From Candidatus Spongiisociaceae bacterium (GTDB taxonomy: Bacteria > Actinomycetota > Acidimicrobiia > Spongiisociales > Spongiisociaceae), in the NCBI GenBank assembly GCA_965262915.1, contig OZ253564.1, positions 3,040,001 through 3,104,000 of the forward strand: DNA of 64,000 nt, in the 5' to 3' direction. Each line of letters begins with the position of its first letter. Position 1 is the first letter of the stretch. Shown piece after piece: positions 49,459 through 59,519 of this stretch. The notes beneath the pieces were generated by a model that was given only the letters and a program-made list of their open reading frames with translations, did no database searches and had not been told where the DNA came from. Made by a program: the position numbers and the translations under genes.

Positions 49459-50598
49459 TTACCCGCGTCGGACGGTCTCGGATGCGAGACGGTTTCTCAA
49501 GACCTCGCCCAGCGCCCCCGGAGCGTCGGCATGGGTGCTGGCATGGGGGGCTACCCGCAGGAACCCGTCTCTCACCGTGAGCCTGAATCCGGCCTCCGTC
49601 AGCCGCTTGTACGCCTCGGCAACCGGCTCGCCGGACGGGCGGAAGCTGACGATGCCGCTCCGCTCCGAGTCTTTCGCCCAGGGTCTCACGACGTGGGCAC
49701 CCGCTCTCCGAGCCTCGTCCTCAACCGCCTTCGAACGGTCGATCACCGTAGCCTCCACATCCTCGATCCGCGCCCTGCGAAGCGCTTCCAGCGAGCCGCG
49801 CAACGCCGCGACGGAGGTGAGCGGCGGGCTGCCCATGGTGAAGCGGCGGGAGTTGTCGAGAGGGGGGTGCGGGAGGGGTACACGGGTGTCGAAAGGATCT
49901 TTCACTCCGGGCCAGCCCACCAAGGTCGGGGAGAGCCGCTCGAGCGCCCGCTCCGAGACGGCCATCACCCCCACCCCACCACCCGCCCTCAACCACTTGT
50001 GACCTCCGGCCACCACGACATCGGCATGCTCCATCGAGAAGCGCACCGCACCCAGGGCCTGGACGGCGTCGACCACCACCAGAGCTTCGCCGGCGGCTTC
50101 GCGCATCGAAGCCAGATCGCACCGGTAGCCGGTGTGGAAGTCGACGTAACTGAGCGCCACGGCCGTGGTCGAAGCGTCCCGGGCTCGGGCAATGAGATCG
50201 GCGGTGAGGCGGCCACCGGGGACCTCGACCATCCTCGGCTCTATGCGGCCCTCCTCGCCGGCCCGCACCCACGGATACAGGTTGGCGGCGAACTCGGTAC
50301 GGGGGATGACCACCGAACCGCCGGAGAGGCCGAACGCCACCGCAAAGAGGCCGGAGGAGGTGTTCGGAACCACGCCCACCCGGTCCGGTGCGGTACCGAT
50401 CAGATCGGCTGCCAGGGCCGAGGTGAGCTCGAGCTGCTCCATGACCAGTGGGATCAGACCCCCCTGCCCGCCCGCCATGGCCTCTCCCATCTCGGCGAGA
50501 CGCGCCCGCGCGGGGATCGACATGGCGCCGATCGCGGCGAAATCGAGAAAGCCGAACGGCTCGTCGTACTGCTTGAGGAAGGACTCCGATAAGGACAT
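49459..50598 (-). CDS. PLP-dependent aminotransferase class V enzyme
   Basis: LDFAA, EFAAN, VDAVQALG, GGHKWL, LRVAPH; no desulfurase Cys loop seen. Confidence 0.85.
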   Translation of the reverse strand: MSLSESFLKQYDEPFGFLDFAAIGAMSIPARARLAEMGEAMAGGQGGLIPLVMEQLELTSALAADLIGTAPDRVGVVPNTSSGLFAVAFGLSGGSVVIPRTEFAANLYPWVRAGEEGRIEPRMVEVPGGRLTADLIARARDASTTAVALSYVDFHTGYRCDLASMREAAGEALVVVDAVQALGAVRFSMEHADVVVAGGHKWLRAGGGVGVMAVSERALERLSPTLVGWPGVKDPFDTRVPLPHPPLDNSRRFTMGSPPLTSVAALRGSLEALRRARIEDVEATVIDRSKAVEDEARRAGAHVVRPWAKDSERSGIVSFRPSGEPVAEAYKRLTEAGFRLTVRDGFLRVAPHASTHADAPGALGEVLRNRLASETVRRG

Positions 50599-50709
50599 GG
50601 ACGGGGCGAGCCTACTCCTCTCTGCACTGCCCGGGACGACGAGAGGAGTACCGTAGCCGGGGTAACGCAGGCCGACTCCCGACAGCGGCCTCACGATCCG
50701 GAGTGGGAA

Positions 50710-51819
50710 ATGGCCGACCTTCCGTCCTCGACCGGAGTAGCGGTCATCGGATGCGGGATCATGGGCGCCTGCGCCGCGTACCACCTGGCTGCATCCGGCG
50801 CCGATGTCACCGTGCTGGAGCGTGACACGATCGGTTCGGGCTCGACGGCCAAGTCGGCCGGCGGGTTCAGAGCGCAGTTCTCGGACGAACTCAACATCAG
50901 GATGGCGGTCGAGAATATCCGCCGCCTGGAACGATTCGAGGCCGAGTTCGACACGGATATCGGCCTCAGGCAGTGGGGATACCTGTTCCTGCTGACCGAG
51001 CGGGACGTGGAGACCTTCCGCCGAGCGGTCGATCTGCAACGGTCCCATGGAGTTCCTTCGGAACTGATCGATCCGGAAACCGCCCGGGCTATGGCGCCCG
51101 GAATCCGCACCGACGACCTGGCCGCCGCTACGTTCTGTCCTTGGGACGGTTCCTGCACACCCGAGGCCGTGGCCCAGGGATACGCCCGGGCCGCGGTCCG
51201 TCACGGCGCGATCATCGTCCAGCAATGCGAGGCGATCGAGATCGTCGAAGCCGGGGGCCGGATAAGGGGTATCCGGACCAGCCACGGGTTCATCTCGACC
51301 GGTGAGGTCGTGCTCACGGCGGGCGTGTGGAGCCCCCGGCTCGCCGCTCCGCTCGGCCTCCGTCTCCCGGTGCGGGCCGAGAGACGGCACATCTGGCTGA
51401 GCCGGGGCCCCGATCCGTTCCCCCACCGCCTCCCCTTGGTGATCGACTTCGCCACCGGCTTCTACATACAGCGGGAGGGGCGCGGACTGGCGATGGGCGG
51501 CCGGGCTCAGACTCTGGAGGAGTTGGCGCCCACCGTCGCAAACCGTGCTCCATGCCTCCTCGAATCGGAGATAACGCATGGCTGGTGGGGCTACTACGCA
51601 ACGAGCCCCGACCACAACGCCCTGATCGGATCCGCGCCCGGAGTCGAACGGCTCCACTACGCGACCGGGTTCAGCGGGCACGGTTTCCAGCAGGGACCAG
51701 TAGTCGGACGTCACCTCGCCGAACTCGCCCTGGGGTTGGTACCCACTTTCGACCTGGCGCCCTTCGATGCACGCCGGTTCGAAACCGGCTCGACCATACC
51801 CGAGTCAGCGGTTATCTGA
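50710..51819 (+). CDS. FAD-dependent oxidoreductase (DAO/sarcosine oxidase beta-like)
   Basis: GCGIMG, GSTAKSAGG, ATGFSGHGF. Confidence 0.88.
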   Translation: MADLPSSTGVAVIGCGIMGACAAYHLAASGADVTVLERDTIGSGSTAKSAGGFRAQFSDELNIRMAVENIRRLERFEAEFDTDIGLRQWGYLFLLTERDVETFRRAVDLQRSHGVPSELIDPETARAMAPGIRTDDLAAATFCPWDGSCTPEAVAQGYARAAVRHGAIIVQQCEAIEIVEAGGRIRGIRTSHGFISTGEVVLTAGVWSPRLAAPLGLRLPVRAERRHIWLSRGPDPFPHRLPLVIDFATGFYIQREGRGLAMGGRAQTLEELAPTVANRAPCLLESEITHGWWGYYATSPDHNALIGSAPGVERLHYATGFSGHGFQQGPVVGRHLAELALGLVPTFDLAPFDARRFETGSTIPESAVI

Positions 51820-53066
51820 TGCCGAGTCTCGACCTGAGCCCCGAGGACCGGGCCATGCTGGCCGGGGAACTCGGCGAGGCCGACGCCGTCGCCATGCGCC
51901 TGCTGGTCGGACTGGCCCGAGCAACCGGCGCCCGCCGCCTGATCGACATCACCGGCGCCCATATCGACGGGACCCTCTACCTCGGCCGGGCCAGCCTCGA
52001 CTATGCCACCCGCCTGCGCGATCTCGGCGGGAGGGTCCGGGTGCCCACCACGCTCAACGTTTCCTCGCTCGACCTGCTCCACCCGGAGTTGTTCCGGGGC
52101 GACGACTCGACCCGGCGAGCGGCGCGGGCGACCATGCAGGCCTACCTCGACATGGGCGGGCGCCCCACATGGACCTGCGCTCCGTACCAGCTCCCCGAGC
52201 GACCGCGGTTCGGGGACCGGGTCGCCTGGGGGGAATCCAACGCCATCGTGTTCGCCAACTCGGTACTGGGCGCCCGTACCCCGCGGTTCGGGGACTTCGT
52301 CGACATCGCGGCAGCGCTCACCGGGCGGGCGCCCGAGTTCGGTCTCTACCTGGACGACTGCCGCCGGGCCGGGGTGCACTTCGACGTATCCGGCATTCCT
52401 CAGCCTGCCAAGGTGACCGAGCAGTTCTTCGCGGTGCTCGGCTTCCTGGTAGGGAAGGAAGCCGGTCTCGAAGTGCCGGTCATCACCGGAATCGAGTCAG
52501 CCACCGAGGACCAGATGAAGGTGCTCGGCGCCGCCGCGGCCACCTCGGGGGCGGTGGGGTTGATTCACCTGGTCGGGGTCACACCGGAAGCTCCTACCCT
52601 GGGGAGTGTCACCGTGGGGCGGCGGCCGCGATTCGTGGAGGTCACCCCGGAGGCTCTCGATGCCGCCTACGGCGCGCTCTCCAATGCCTCGGCCGGAACC
52701 CTGCGTACCGTGAACCTCGGTACTCCTCATTACTCGGCCAGACAGATCGTCCGGCTCGGCGCCCTGCTGGGAGGACGGAGGGTGCATGAGCGCGTGACCA
52801 TGTACGTGAACACGGGACGCGATGTCCTTCGCTCGACACAGGAGGTCGGCGACCTGGAGGGATTGGGCGTGGTGTTCGTGGTCGACACCTGCACCTACGT
52901 CACTCCGATGATCGAGGACCGGAACGGGGTGGCGATGACCGACTCGGCCAAGTGGGCCTACTACGCCCCCGGCAACCTCGGCTTGGAGGTCATGTTCGGA
53001 TCAACCGCCGACTGCGTGGAGTCGGCCCTCGCGGGCCGGGTGGTGCGGGAGACCACACCGTGGTGA
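51819..53066 (+). CDS. aconitase X catalytic (large) subunit
   Basis: AHIDG, VPTTLN, TWTCAPY, WGESNA, NSVLGART, DSAKWAYY. Confidence 0.88.
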   Translation: MPSLDLSPEDRAMLAGELGEADAVAMRLLVGLARATGARRLIDITGAHIDGTLYLGRASLDYATRLRDLGGRVRVPTTLNVSSLDLLHPELFRGDDSTRRAARATMQAYLDMGGRPTWTCAPYQLPERPRFGDRVAWGESNAIVFANSVLGARTPRFGDFVDIAAALTGRAPEFGLYLDDCRRAGVHFDVSGIPQPAKVTEQFFAVLGFLVGKEAGLEVPVITGIESATEDQMKVLGAAAATSGAVGLIHLVGVTPEAPTLGSVTVGRRPRFVEVTPEALDAAYGALSNASAGTLRTVNLGTPHYSARQIVRLGALLGGRRVHERVTMYVNTGRDVLRSTQEVGDLEGLGVVFVVDTCTYVTPMIEDRNGVAMTDSAKWAYYAPGNLGLEVMFGSTADCVESALAGRVVRETTPW

Positions 53067-53482
53067 AGATCCGGCTGCAGGGTAAGCCCCTTGTGCCGGG
53101 CGCGGCCGTGGGAGATAGCCTGGTGCTCACCGAACCCCTCAGCTGGTGGGGTGGGTTGGATCCGATCACCGGGACCGTGGTGGACGGCAGCCATCCCCAA
53201 TTCCGGGAGCGGACCACCGGGAGGATCCTGGTTCTGCCCCACGGACGCGGGTCCTCGGGAGGCTCGGCCGTTCTCGCCGAGTCCATAAGGGCGGGAACCG
53301 CGCCGGCGGGACTGGTGCTGAACAGTGCCGACCCCATCCTGGTCGTAGGGGTGATGGTGGCGGCGGAACTATATCCCGGACGTGGTTGCCCGCTGGTGGT
53401 CGTCGAGGAGGGGTTCGACTTGCTGGGCGGCGACCGCTCGACGCGTGTTCACCCCGACGGAACAGTCGAACAGGAAACCTGA
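53063..53482 (+). CDS. aconitase X swivel (small) subunit, DUF126
   Basis: PLSWWGGLDP, HPQ, GRGSSGGS; overlaps large-subunit stop. Confidence 0.88.
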   Translation: MKIRLQGKPLVPGAAVGDSLVLTEPLSWWGGLDPITGTVVDGSHPQFRERTTGRILVLPHGRGSSGGSAVLAESIRAGTAPAGLVLNSADPILVVGVMVAAELYPGRGCPLVVVEEGFDLLGGDRSTRVHPDGTVEQET

Positions 53483-53555
53483 TATCGGCTGCTGGTGGCC
53501 ATGAATCTGCCGCCGGTGACCACTACCGATCACCAAACACCGGCCACCGGCCGCA

Positions 53556-54188
53556 TCATCGGCCGGCCAGGCGCGCCTCCACCAGCCCGTTGACCGACTC
53601 GAGGGCTGTGATCGAGCGCCCGATCCTGGTGGCCGGATCGTCTGTCTCGAGGATCTCCTGCCTGTCGAGGTCCGGTACCGGGAGAACATCGAGCGCCCGG
53701 TACGCAGCGGGCAGGGCCTCGTCGGGCAAGGGCCCGATAGACCCGGTGTTGATCCCCATCTCGGCGAAGAGCGCCAACCCGCGCCAAAACGCCCGGTCGA
53801 GGCGTCGGCGACATCGAGGATCGGCGACAAAGCCGGACGGATCGTCCAGGCGTTGGACCCGGGCTTGCGGATACGGATCGTCGGCGAGCCACCCCTCGAC
53901 CCGGATCCGGGTATCGCCGCGGGCGACTACCAGGAGTTGCCCGTCCCCCGGCGAACCGACTCCTGTGATGGTCACAGCGACGCCGACGTCGAAACGGGCG
54001 TCTCCACCCCCGACCTCCCAACCTCGTTCGATCAGCACCACCCCGAACCCCGAGTCCCGCCGGACGCAGCGGTCGATCATCTCCAGGTACCGGGACTCGA
54101 AGACGCGCAAGGTCAGTACGGCACCGGGGAAGATGCCCCTACTCAGCGGGAACATCGGGAGCCACTCGACCGATGGTCGCTCAGGCAT
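53556..54188 (-). CDS. LON substrate-binding domain protein
   Basis: LPMFPL, FPG, VFESRY, FGVVLI..G.EVGG. Confidence 0.85.
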   Translation of the reverse strand: MPERPSVEWLPMFPLSRGIFPGAVLTLRVFESRYLEMIDRCVRRDSGFGVVLIERGWEVGGGDARFDVGVAVTITGVGSPGDGQLLVVARGDTRIRVEGWLADDPYPQARVQRLDDPSGFVADPRCRRRLDRAFWRGLALFAEMGINTGSIGPLPDEALPAAYRALDVLPVPDLDRQEILETDDPATRIGRSITALESVNGLVEARLAGR

Positions 54189-54672
54189 CGCCGGGAGAAG
54201 CCGTCCCTCGGGGCACCCGGCGGGTATGGCCCGACCGTTGCTGTACCCGGAAACGTATGCGAGCGACCTCCGTGAAGCCTACGAAGATCGGAAACGCGTA
54301 CCCGCCCGGATTCGGGAAGAGAAGGTTGTTGAAGGTGAAGGCCCGGGTCACGCCCGTATCACTTCCCGCCGGCCTCCCGAGACGGTGCGTGACCTTGATG
54401 TGCTGGGCGAACCGCTTCCCGCCGAACAGGCTCTTCCCGTCCTCATCGACGAGGTCGACGGACAGATCGAACTCTTCGAGGTGCGACCACGGCACCCTGA
54501 TACGGATCCCGATCCCCAGCGACGGATGGCGGGCCGGAAACGAACCCACCCAAAGCATGTCCCATCCCCCACCGAGAACGTACAGTTTGCCGCCCACCGC
54601 CTGCACGGCATCGGCCACCATGGCGAACTCGACCCTGGGAGTCGGATCGAGCGAGGTCTCGAGAGAGTCCAT
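54181..54672 (-). CDS. hypothetical Ig-like protein (DUF6941-like)
   Basis: ADAVQAVGGKLYVLGGGW, FPNPGGY. Confidence 0.7.
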   Translation of the reverse strand: MDSLETSLDPTPRVEFAMVADAVQAVGGKLYVLGGGWDMLWVGSFPARHPSLGIGIRIRVPWSHLEEFDLSVDLVDEDGKSLFGGKRFAQHIKVTHRLGRPAGSDTGVTRAFTFNNLLFPNPGGYAFPIFVGFTEVARIRFRVQQRSGHTRRVPRGTASPGDA

Positions 54673-54744
54673 CCCGCAACTCTAGGAGACATCCCAATGG
54701 GTTGCCCCATCATCGTCCTGCCTCCGGGAAAGGCTGGATTGATC

Positions 54745-54848
54745 CAGGAGGGTGGTCAAGGCCCCCGGTTGGCCCGGCGGTCGGTGAGAGACTGCCGCAT
54801 CAGCGGACGACGGGCCAACCATGTAGCCTTTTCTGAGCACACTCCTAG
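54745..54848. mobile_element. MITE family B copy 9
   Basis: AGGAGGGTGGTC...GAGCACACTCCTAG. Confidence 0.75.
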
Positions 54849-54971
54849 GATGGCAGTGGTTCTCGTTGACGCCCGACCGTTCCCGACCGGCGTACTGGTC
54901 TTCGATCTCGATCCCGGCTTGCTCGACGGAGGTTCACCGGGCCCGGGCCCGATACCGGGTCTCCCAATCTC

Positions 54972-55077
54972 CTAGGAGGGTGGTATAGGACCCCTACACG
55001 GCCCGTCGACCGATGAACGAGTGTGCCTCCGGAGGCAGGCGGACCGTTGTTCCCCATCGTCTTACAGCCGTCTCCTA
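54972..55077. mobile_element. MITE family B copy 10
   Basis: CTAGGAGGGTGG...ACGGCCCGTC...CAGCCGTCTCCTA. Confidence 0.75.
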
Positions 55078-55182
55078 CGTAGCCACCCTCACGTGCCTGC
55101 GTCCGTCCGAACGGGTGGGTCGGCACTCGACCCCGATCCGTCCACTGCTGGAACGCTTCCGCCGAGAGCACTCCACCGGGTC

Positions 55183-55842
55183 GTGAGATCCACCGGGCTG
55201 CTGCTGGCGCTGGCCCTGCTAGTCGGGGCCTGTGCGCCATCGTCGCCCGAAGCCGCCGATCCGTTCGATTCGGTGGCACTACTCCGCGGCCGCGTGTGCG
55301 GGAGGGACATGGTGGGAGGCGTGGTGGTAGGACCGGGCCTGCTCGTGACGGTCGCGCACAACGTCGCGGGATCGCAGGGCGGCCTCAACGCCACCTTCGA
55401 GGACGGGCTCGAGCACCCGGTGACCTTGGTGGGCATCGACGTCGACCGCGATCTGGCGCTGCTGTCCGCCCCGACCGTCCGGCATCCTTCGATCTTGCTT
55501 GCGCATCCGACCCCCGGCGAGAATGGGCGGATCATCCGCCTGCGGGGCCAAGCCAAGCGAGCCGAGGTGCTCTTCACGGATGCCGAACCGGTGACCGCGG
55601 TAGGTCGGAACCTCTATGACGAGGAGAGCACGGCGCGGAGAGAGAACGTCCGGGTGCGCGCCGAGGCGGGGGCCGGCTACTCGGGCAGCCCCGTTCTCAA
55701 CTCCGACGACCATATGACCGGACTGGTGTACGCCACAGCCCGGCTGGAGGACATGACCTACGCCAACGCATCCGCGGAGGTCGAGTCGTTCTTGGCGGCA
55801 TCCGATCCGACCACCGAGGCTAACCCGGGCCACTGTCCCTGA
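55183..55842 (+). CDS. trypsin-like serine peptidase lipoprotein
   Basis: LVGAC lipobox; VAHNV, RDLALL, GYSGSP triad motifs. Confidence 0.8.
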   Translation: MRSTGLLLALALLVGACAPSSPEAADPFDSVALLRGRVCGRDMVGGVVVGPGLLVTVAHNVAGSQGGLNATFEDGLEHPVTLVGIDVDRDLALLSAPTVRHPSILLAHPTPGENGRIIRLRGQAKRAEVLFTDAEPVTAVGRNLYDEESTARRENVRVRAEAGAGYSGSPVLNSDDHMTGLVYATARLEDMTYANASAEVESFLAASDPTTEANPGHCP

Positions 55843-55876
55843 GCCGGTTGCTAGTTGTCAGTTCTCAGTAGTCATC

Positions 55877-56023
55877 GGAGGATGCGCGGGTAGGCGAATC
55901 GCGACCGTCCCTGCTGAACAGCCTGTCCGACTCCGGCTCTAAAAACCCCTGGTTCTCGCTGTGAACTCATCAACCGACGCAAGAGGTGTCTTCCCAAGGT
56001 GAGCACCTAACCGCGCATCCTCT
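55877..56023. mobile_element. MITE family C copy 2
   Basis: GAGGATGCGCGG...CCGCGCATCCTC IRs; inverted relative to 40634-40778. Confidence 0.8.
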
Positions 56024-56096
56024 TGACGAGCCGCCCGCAGCTTGGAAACCACAACCGGCAACCAACCACCGGCAACCTGCAAGTAGCATCAGCCGG

Positions 56097-57251
56097 GTGT
56101 CGCCCTCCCCCTCTCGAATACCTCGCCTGATCGTGCTCGCCTACATCGCGACGCTGGCTATAGGCATAGGGGTGATCTTCTCACTCTTGGCAGAGATACA
56201 GGACCGCTACGGTTTCCCGACCTGGTCGTTGGGCCTCCTGGCCGGTATCCCCTTCGCTATGACCCTCTTCGGCAACATCTGGCTGACCCCGCTGGCCGAC
56301 CGAGGGTGGGAGGTACGGCTGGTCACATTGGGCTGCGCGCTGCTGGTGGCGTCCCTGGTCTGGATGATCTTCGCCACCGCTCTGTGGCAATGGGTGGCGG
56401 CGAGAGCGCTCATGGGACTCGCCGAAGGTGTCTCCGTAGGGGCGTGCCGGCGGATCATGATGAGTTGGGATCAGGACCGCCCTGGGCGAGCGCTGAGCAA
56501 TGTCATGGTGGCGATGATCGGTGGGATCCTGCTCGGTCCTCCCCTCGGGGGAGTGCTGAACGAGATCAACCATGTCCTTCCATTCCTGGTTCCGGCCGCG
56601 GTGGGCCTCCTGGTGCTCTTCCTTCTCCCGATGGTCCGACCCGCCGCGGAGTTCCAGCGAACACCCGCCCGGCTCTCCCGGCGCCGCCTGACTGCCATCC
56701 CGGGCTTCGCCTCCGGCTTGCTGCTCGCCGCTTCGAACTGGCTCTACATCGGGGTCATCGATGCGATCTGGGCCCGCTACATGACCGACCTCGGGGCGCG
56801 GCCGGTGGTCGTGGGTCTCGGGTTTCTGATCATCGCTCTTCCGACCGTGGTGCTCACACCGATCGGCGGTCGGTTGGCCGATCGCACCAACCCGGTGCGG
56901 CTCGCTCTGGTAGCCGCGGTCGGAGGACTCCCGCTGGTAGCGGCGTACGGGCTCGTCGGCGGGATACCTGCCCTGCTGGTCGTAGGGGCGTTGCACTCGG
57001 CATTCTGGGCCTTCGTGACCCTTCCGGGCCAGGCTGCGGTCGCCAAGGTAGCGCCCCCGGGCCAGGCGGCGGAGGCTCAGGGTCTCGTGGAGGTCTACGG
57101 GCTTACTCTGGCTGCCGTAGGAGCGTTCGCGGCGGCGCCTATCTACGAAGCCGCCGGTCCGACGGCGCTCTTTCTGATCACCGCCGCCGCCCTGGCGATC
57201 ACGCCCCTCGCCGTGTTCATCCGCCGGGACATATGGCTGCGGGCCTTCTGA
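56097..57251 (+). CDS. MFS transporter
   Basis: About 12 hydrophobic segments, PLADRGW and GRLADR loop motifs. Confidence 0.9.
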   Translation: MSPSPSRIPRLIVLAYIATLAIGIGVIFSLLAEIQDRYGFPTWSLGLLAGIPFAMTLFGNIWLTPLADRGWEVRLVTLGCALLVASLVWMIFATALWQWVAARALMGLAEGVSVGACRRIMMSWDQDRPGRALSNVMVAMIGGILLGPPLGGVLNEINHVLPFLVPAAVGLLVLFLLPMVRPAAEFQRTPARLSRRRLTAIPGFASGLLLAASNWLYIGVIDAIWARYMTDLGARPVVVGLGFLIIALPTVVLTPIGGRLADRTNPVRLALVAAVGGLPLVAAYGLVGGIPALLVVGALHSAFWAFVTLPGQAAVAKVAPPGQAAEAQGLVEVYGLTLAAVGAFAAAPIYEAAGPTALFLITAAALAITPLAVFIRRDIWLRAF

Positions 57252-57586
57252 AGAACCGGGTGGGCAGGACTCGGAGTGAGAGGGCGGAACGGGCCGATGC
57301 CGCGCGGGCCCGTAGGTCGCCTGCCCGGGGGCAGTCCGGTAGTCGATCGAAGATGCCACCCGGTATTGTGTCGGATGCCAAGTGTCAACCGGTGCGGCAC
57401 AAGCAAGAGACCGGCATCTGACCGGAATCCATGTCCTGGCCGGTCGATCCGATACGCGCCCGGTCAGAAGGAGACCACTGACGATGACGATTGCCTCGAT
57501 CCCCCGACGGCCCGTCTCCACCGCCGGCCTTGTCCGGGCGAGCTACCGGTGCCCTGACAGGTCCGCTTCCAAACGGGGTGCGCGCC

Positions 57587-58471
57587 GTGGTCGCCGTTGA
57601 CGTAGCGGTCCGCGCCGGTGCTCTCCTCGGTGAGTGCCCGCTGTGGAGTCCCGAGGAAGCGGTGCTGTACTGGGAGGACATCGACGGTCGGTTGGTGCAC
57701 CGTTACGACCCGGCCACCGGCATGGACGAAACCCGCGAGGTCCCGGGACGCCCCGGATCGATGGTTCGTACCACCCGACCCGGAAGACTCCTGATCGCAG
57801 CCGAGACCGAATTGGTCTGGTTCGACTGGGACACCGGCGCCACGACTCCGTGGGTGACCCTCGAGCCGGACGGCACGGGCAACCGGATGAACGACGGCCG
57901 GACGGATCCCGTCGGGCGCTTCTGGGTCGGATCGATGTACCAGCGGGCATCCGACGAGCGGTACACCGGCAGCCTGTACCGGATCGAGGGGGACGGATCC
58001 TTCACGGTCACCCGCCGGCGGATCGGAGTCCCCAACGCCTTGGCCTTCGATCCCGCACGGGAACGGATGTACTTCGCGGATTCCTTGGCAGGTGCCGTCT
58101 TGAGCTACGACTACGACCTGGAGACCGGGATCGCTCGTAACGAGGCCGTTTTTGCCGACTTCACCGACCTCCCCGGACGGCCCGACGGAGCGTGTGTCGA
58201 TGCCGAGGGTTGCTACTGGGTGGCAGCCGTCCACGGCGGGGCCGTGCTGCGGTTCACTCCCGACGGTGTAGTTGACCGCAGGATCGACATGCCGGTCACC
58301 AAGCCCTCGATGACGGCCTTCGGGGGGTCCGATCTGGGGACTCTGTTCGTAACCTCGATCGGTGGTGGCGGCAGCCATCCACTGGCAGCCGATGAACCCC
58401 GAGCGGGTGACCTGTTCGCGATAGACCCCGGTGTCACCGGCATGCCCGATGCCCCGTTTGCCGGTCTCTGA
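57587..58471 (+). CDS. SMP-30/gluconolactonase family protein
   Basis: LGECPLW, RMNDGRTD, PNALAF, PDGACVD; start approximate. Confidence 0.9.
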   Translation: MVAVDVAVRAGALLGECPLWSPEEAVLYWEDIDGRLVHRYDPATGMDETREVPGRPGSMVRTTRPGRLLIAAETELVWFDWDTGATTPWVTLEPDGTGNRMNDGRTDPVGRFWVGSMYQRASDERYTGSLYRIEGDGSFTVTRRRIGVPNALAFDPARERMYFADSLAGAVLSYDYDLETGIARNEAVFADFTDLPGRPDGACVDAEGCYWVAAVHGGAVLRFTPDGVVDRRIDMPVTKPSMTAFGGSDLGTLFVTSIGGGGSHPLAADEPRAGDLFAIDPGVTGMPDAPFAGL

Positions 58472-58538
58472 AGTCCGGGCCTTCCGAACCCGCGCCCAGG
58501 ATCGTTACCATCCTCCCACCGCATAGGGAGGTGTCGAG

Positions 58539-59519
58539 ATGGCGCACCGAATCTGGTTCGAACGCAAGGTCATTGCCGATCTCAGGCCCTATATCCCTCC
58601 ATCGGTGGAGATGCTGGGCCCCAGCCGCCCCGACAACGTGCACGCCGGGATCGAGACGGCCCGAGCAGCGATAGCAGCGAGGTTACGTTACGACGACCGC
58701 CTCTTCGATCTGGCGCCGGATCTGGTGGCGATCTGCCGCACCGGAATCGGGTGTGATGCCATCGACTTCGAAGCCGCCATGCGGCGGGGCGTAGCGATCT
58801 GCAACGTTCCGGACGGACCAACGGTCTCCACCGCGGAGCACGCGGTGGCGCTCATGCTGGCCACCGCGAAACGGGTGATCCAGTCGGGAAACCGGCTCCG
58901 CAACGCCCGAGGCAACTACTACGCGTCGCACCGAGCGTTCGAGTTGGACGGCAAGACATTGGGCCTCGTCGGGTTCGGCAGGATCGCCCGGCGCGTCGCC
59001 ACCATCGGTAGCGGCTTCGGTATGAAGATCCTGGCCTACGATCCTTATCTCGCCGACGACGCATTCCCACCGCCGGTGGTCCGGGCGCCGACTCTCGACG
59101 AGTTGCTCGCCCGCAGCGACGTGGTATCGGTTCACGTGCCTATGACCCCGGGCAATGCCCGGATGTTCGACGAAGATGCGTTCGCGAGGATGAGGCAGGG
59201 ATCGGTGTTCGTGAACGCTGCGCGGGGCGGCCTCGTCGATCAGGAAGCCCTGCTGGACGCGTTGGATTCCGGCCACCTGTTCGGTGCGGGGCTCGATGTG
59301 ACCGATCCCGAGCCGCTCGACCCCGGCCACCCGCTGCTGCACCGGCCGAACGTGACCGTAACCCCCCACATCGCAGCGGCAACGAGCGAGGCCCGGGTGC
59401 GCATGTTCAAGTTCGCCGTCGAGCAGGCGTTGATGGTGATCGAGGGGCGTAGACCCCCACATCTCGTCAACCCCGACGCCTGGGGTCGCGTACTCGCCCG
59501 GCTGGAACAACAGGGATGA
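58539..59519 (+). CDS. D-isomer-specific 2-hydroxyacid dehydrogenase
   Basis: GFGRIA, VNAARG, GLDVTDPEP, TPHIA. Confidence 0.9.
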   Translation: MAHRIWFERKVIADLRPYIPPSVEMLGPSRPDNVHAGIETARAAIAARLRYDDRLFDLAPDLVAICRTGIGCDAIDFEAAMRRGVAICNVPDGPTVSTAEHAVALMLATAKRVIQSGNRLRNARGNYYASHRAFELDGKTLGLVGFGRIARRVATIGSGFGMKILAYDPYLADDAFPPPVVRAPTLDELLARSDVVSVHVPMTPGNARMFDEDAFARMRQGSVFVNAARGGLVDQEALLDALDSGHLFGAGLDVTDPEPLDPGHPLLHRPNVTVTPHIAAATSEARVRMFKFAVEQALMVIEGRRPPHLVNPDAWGRVLARLEQQG

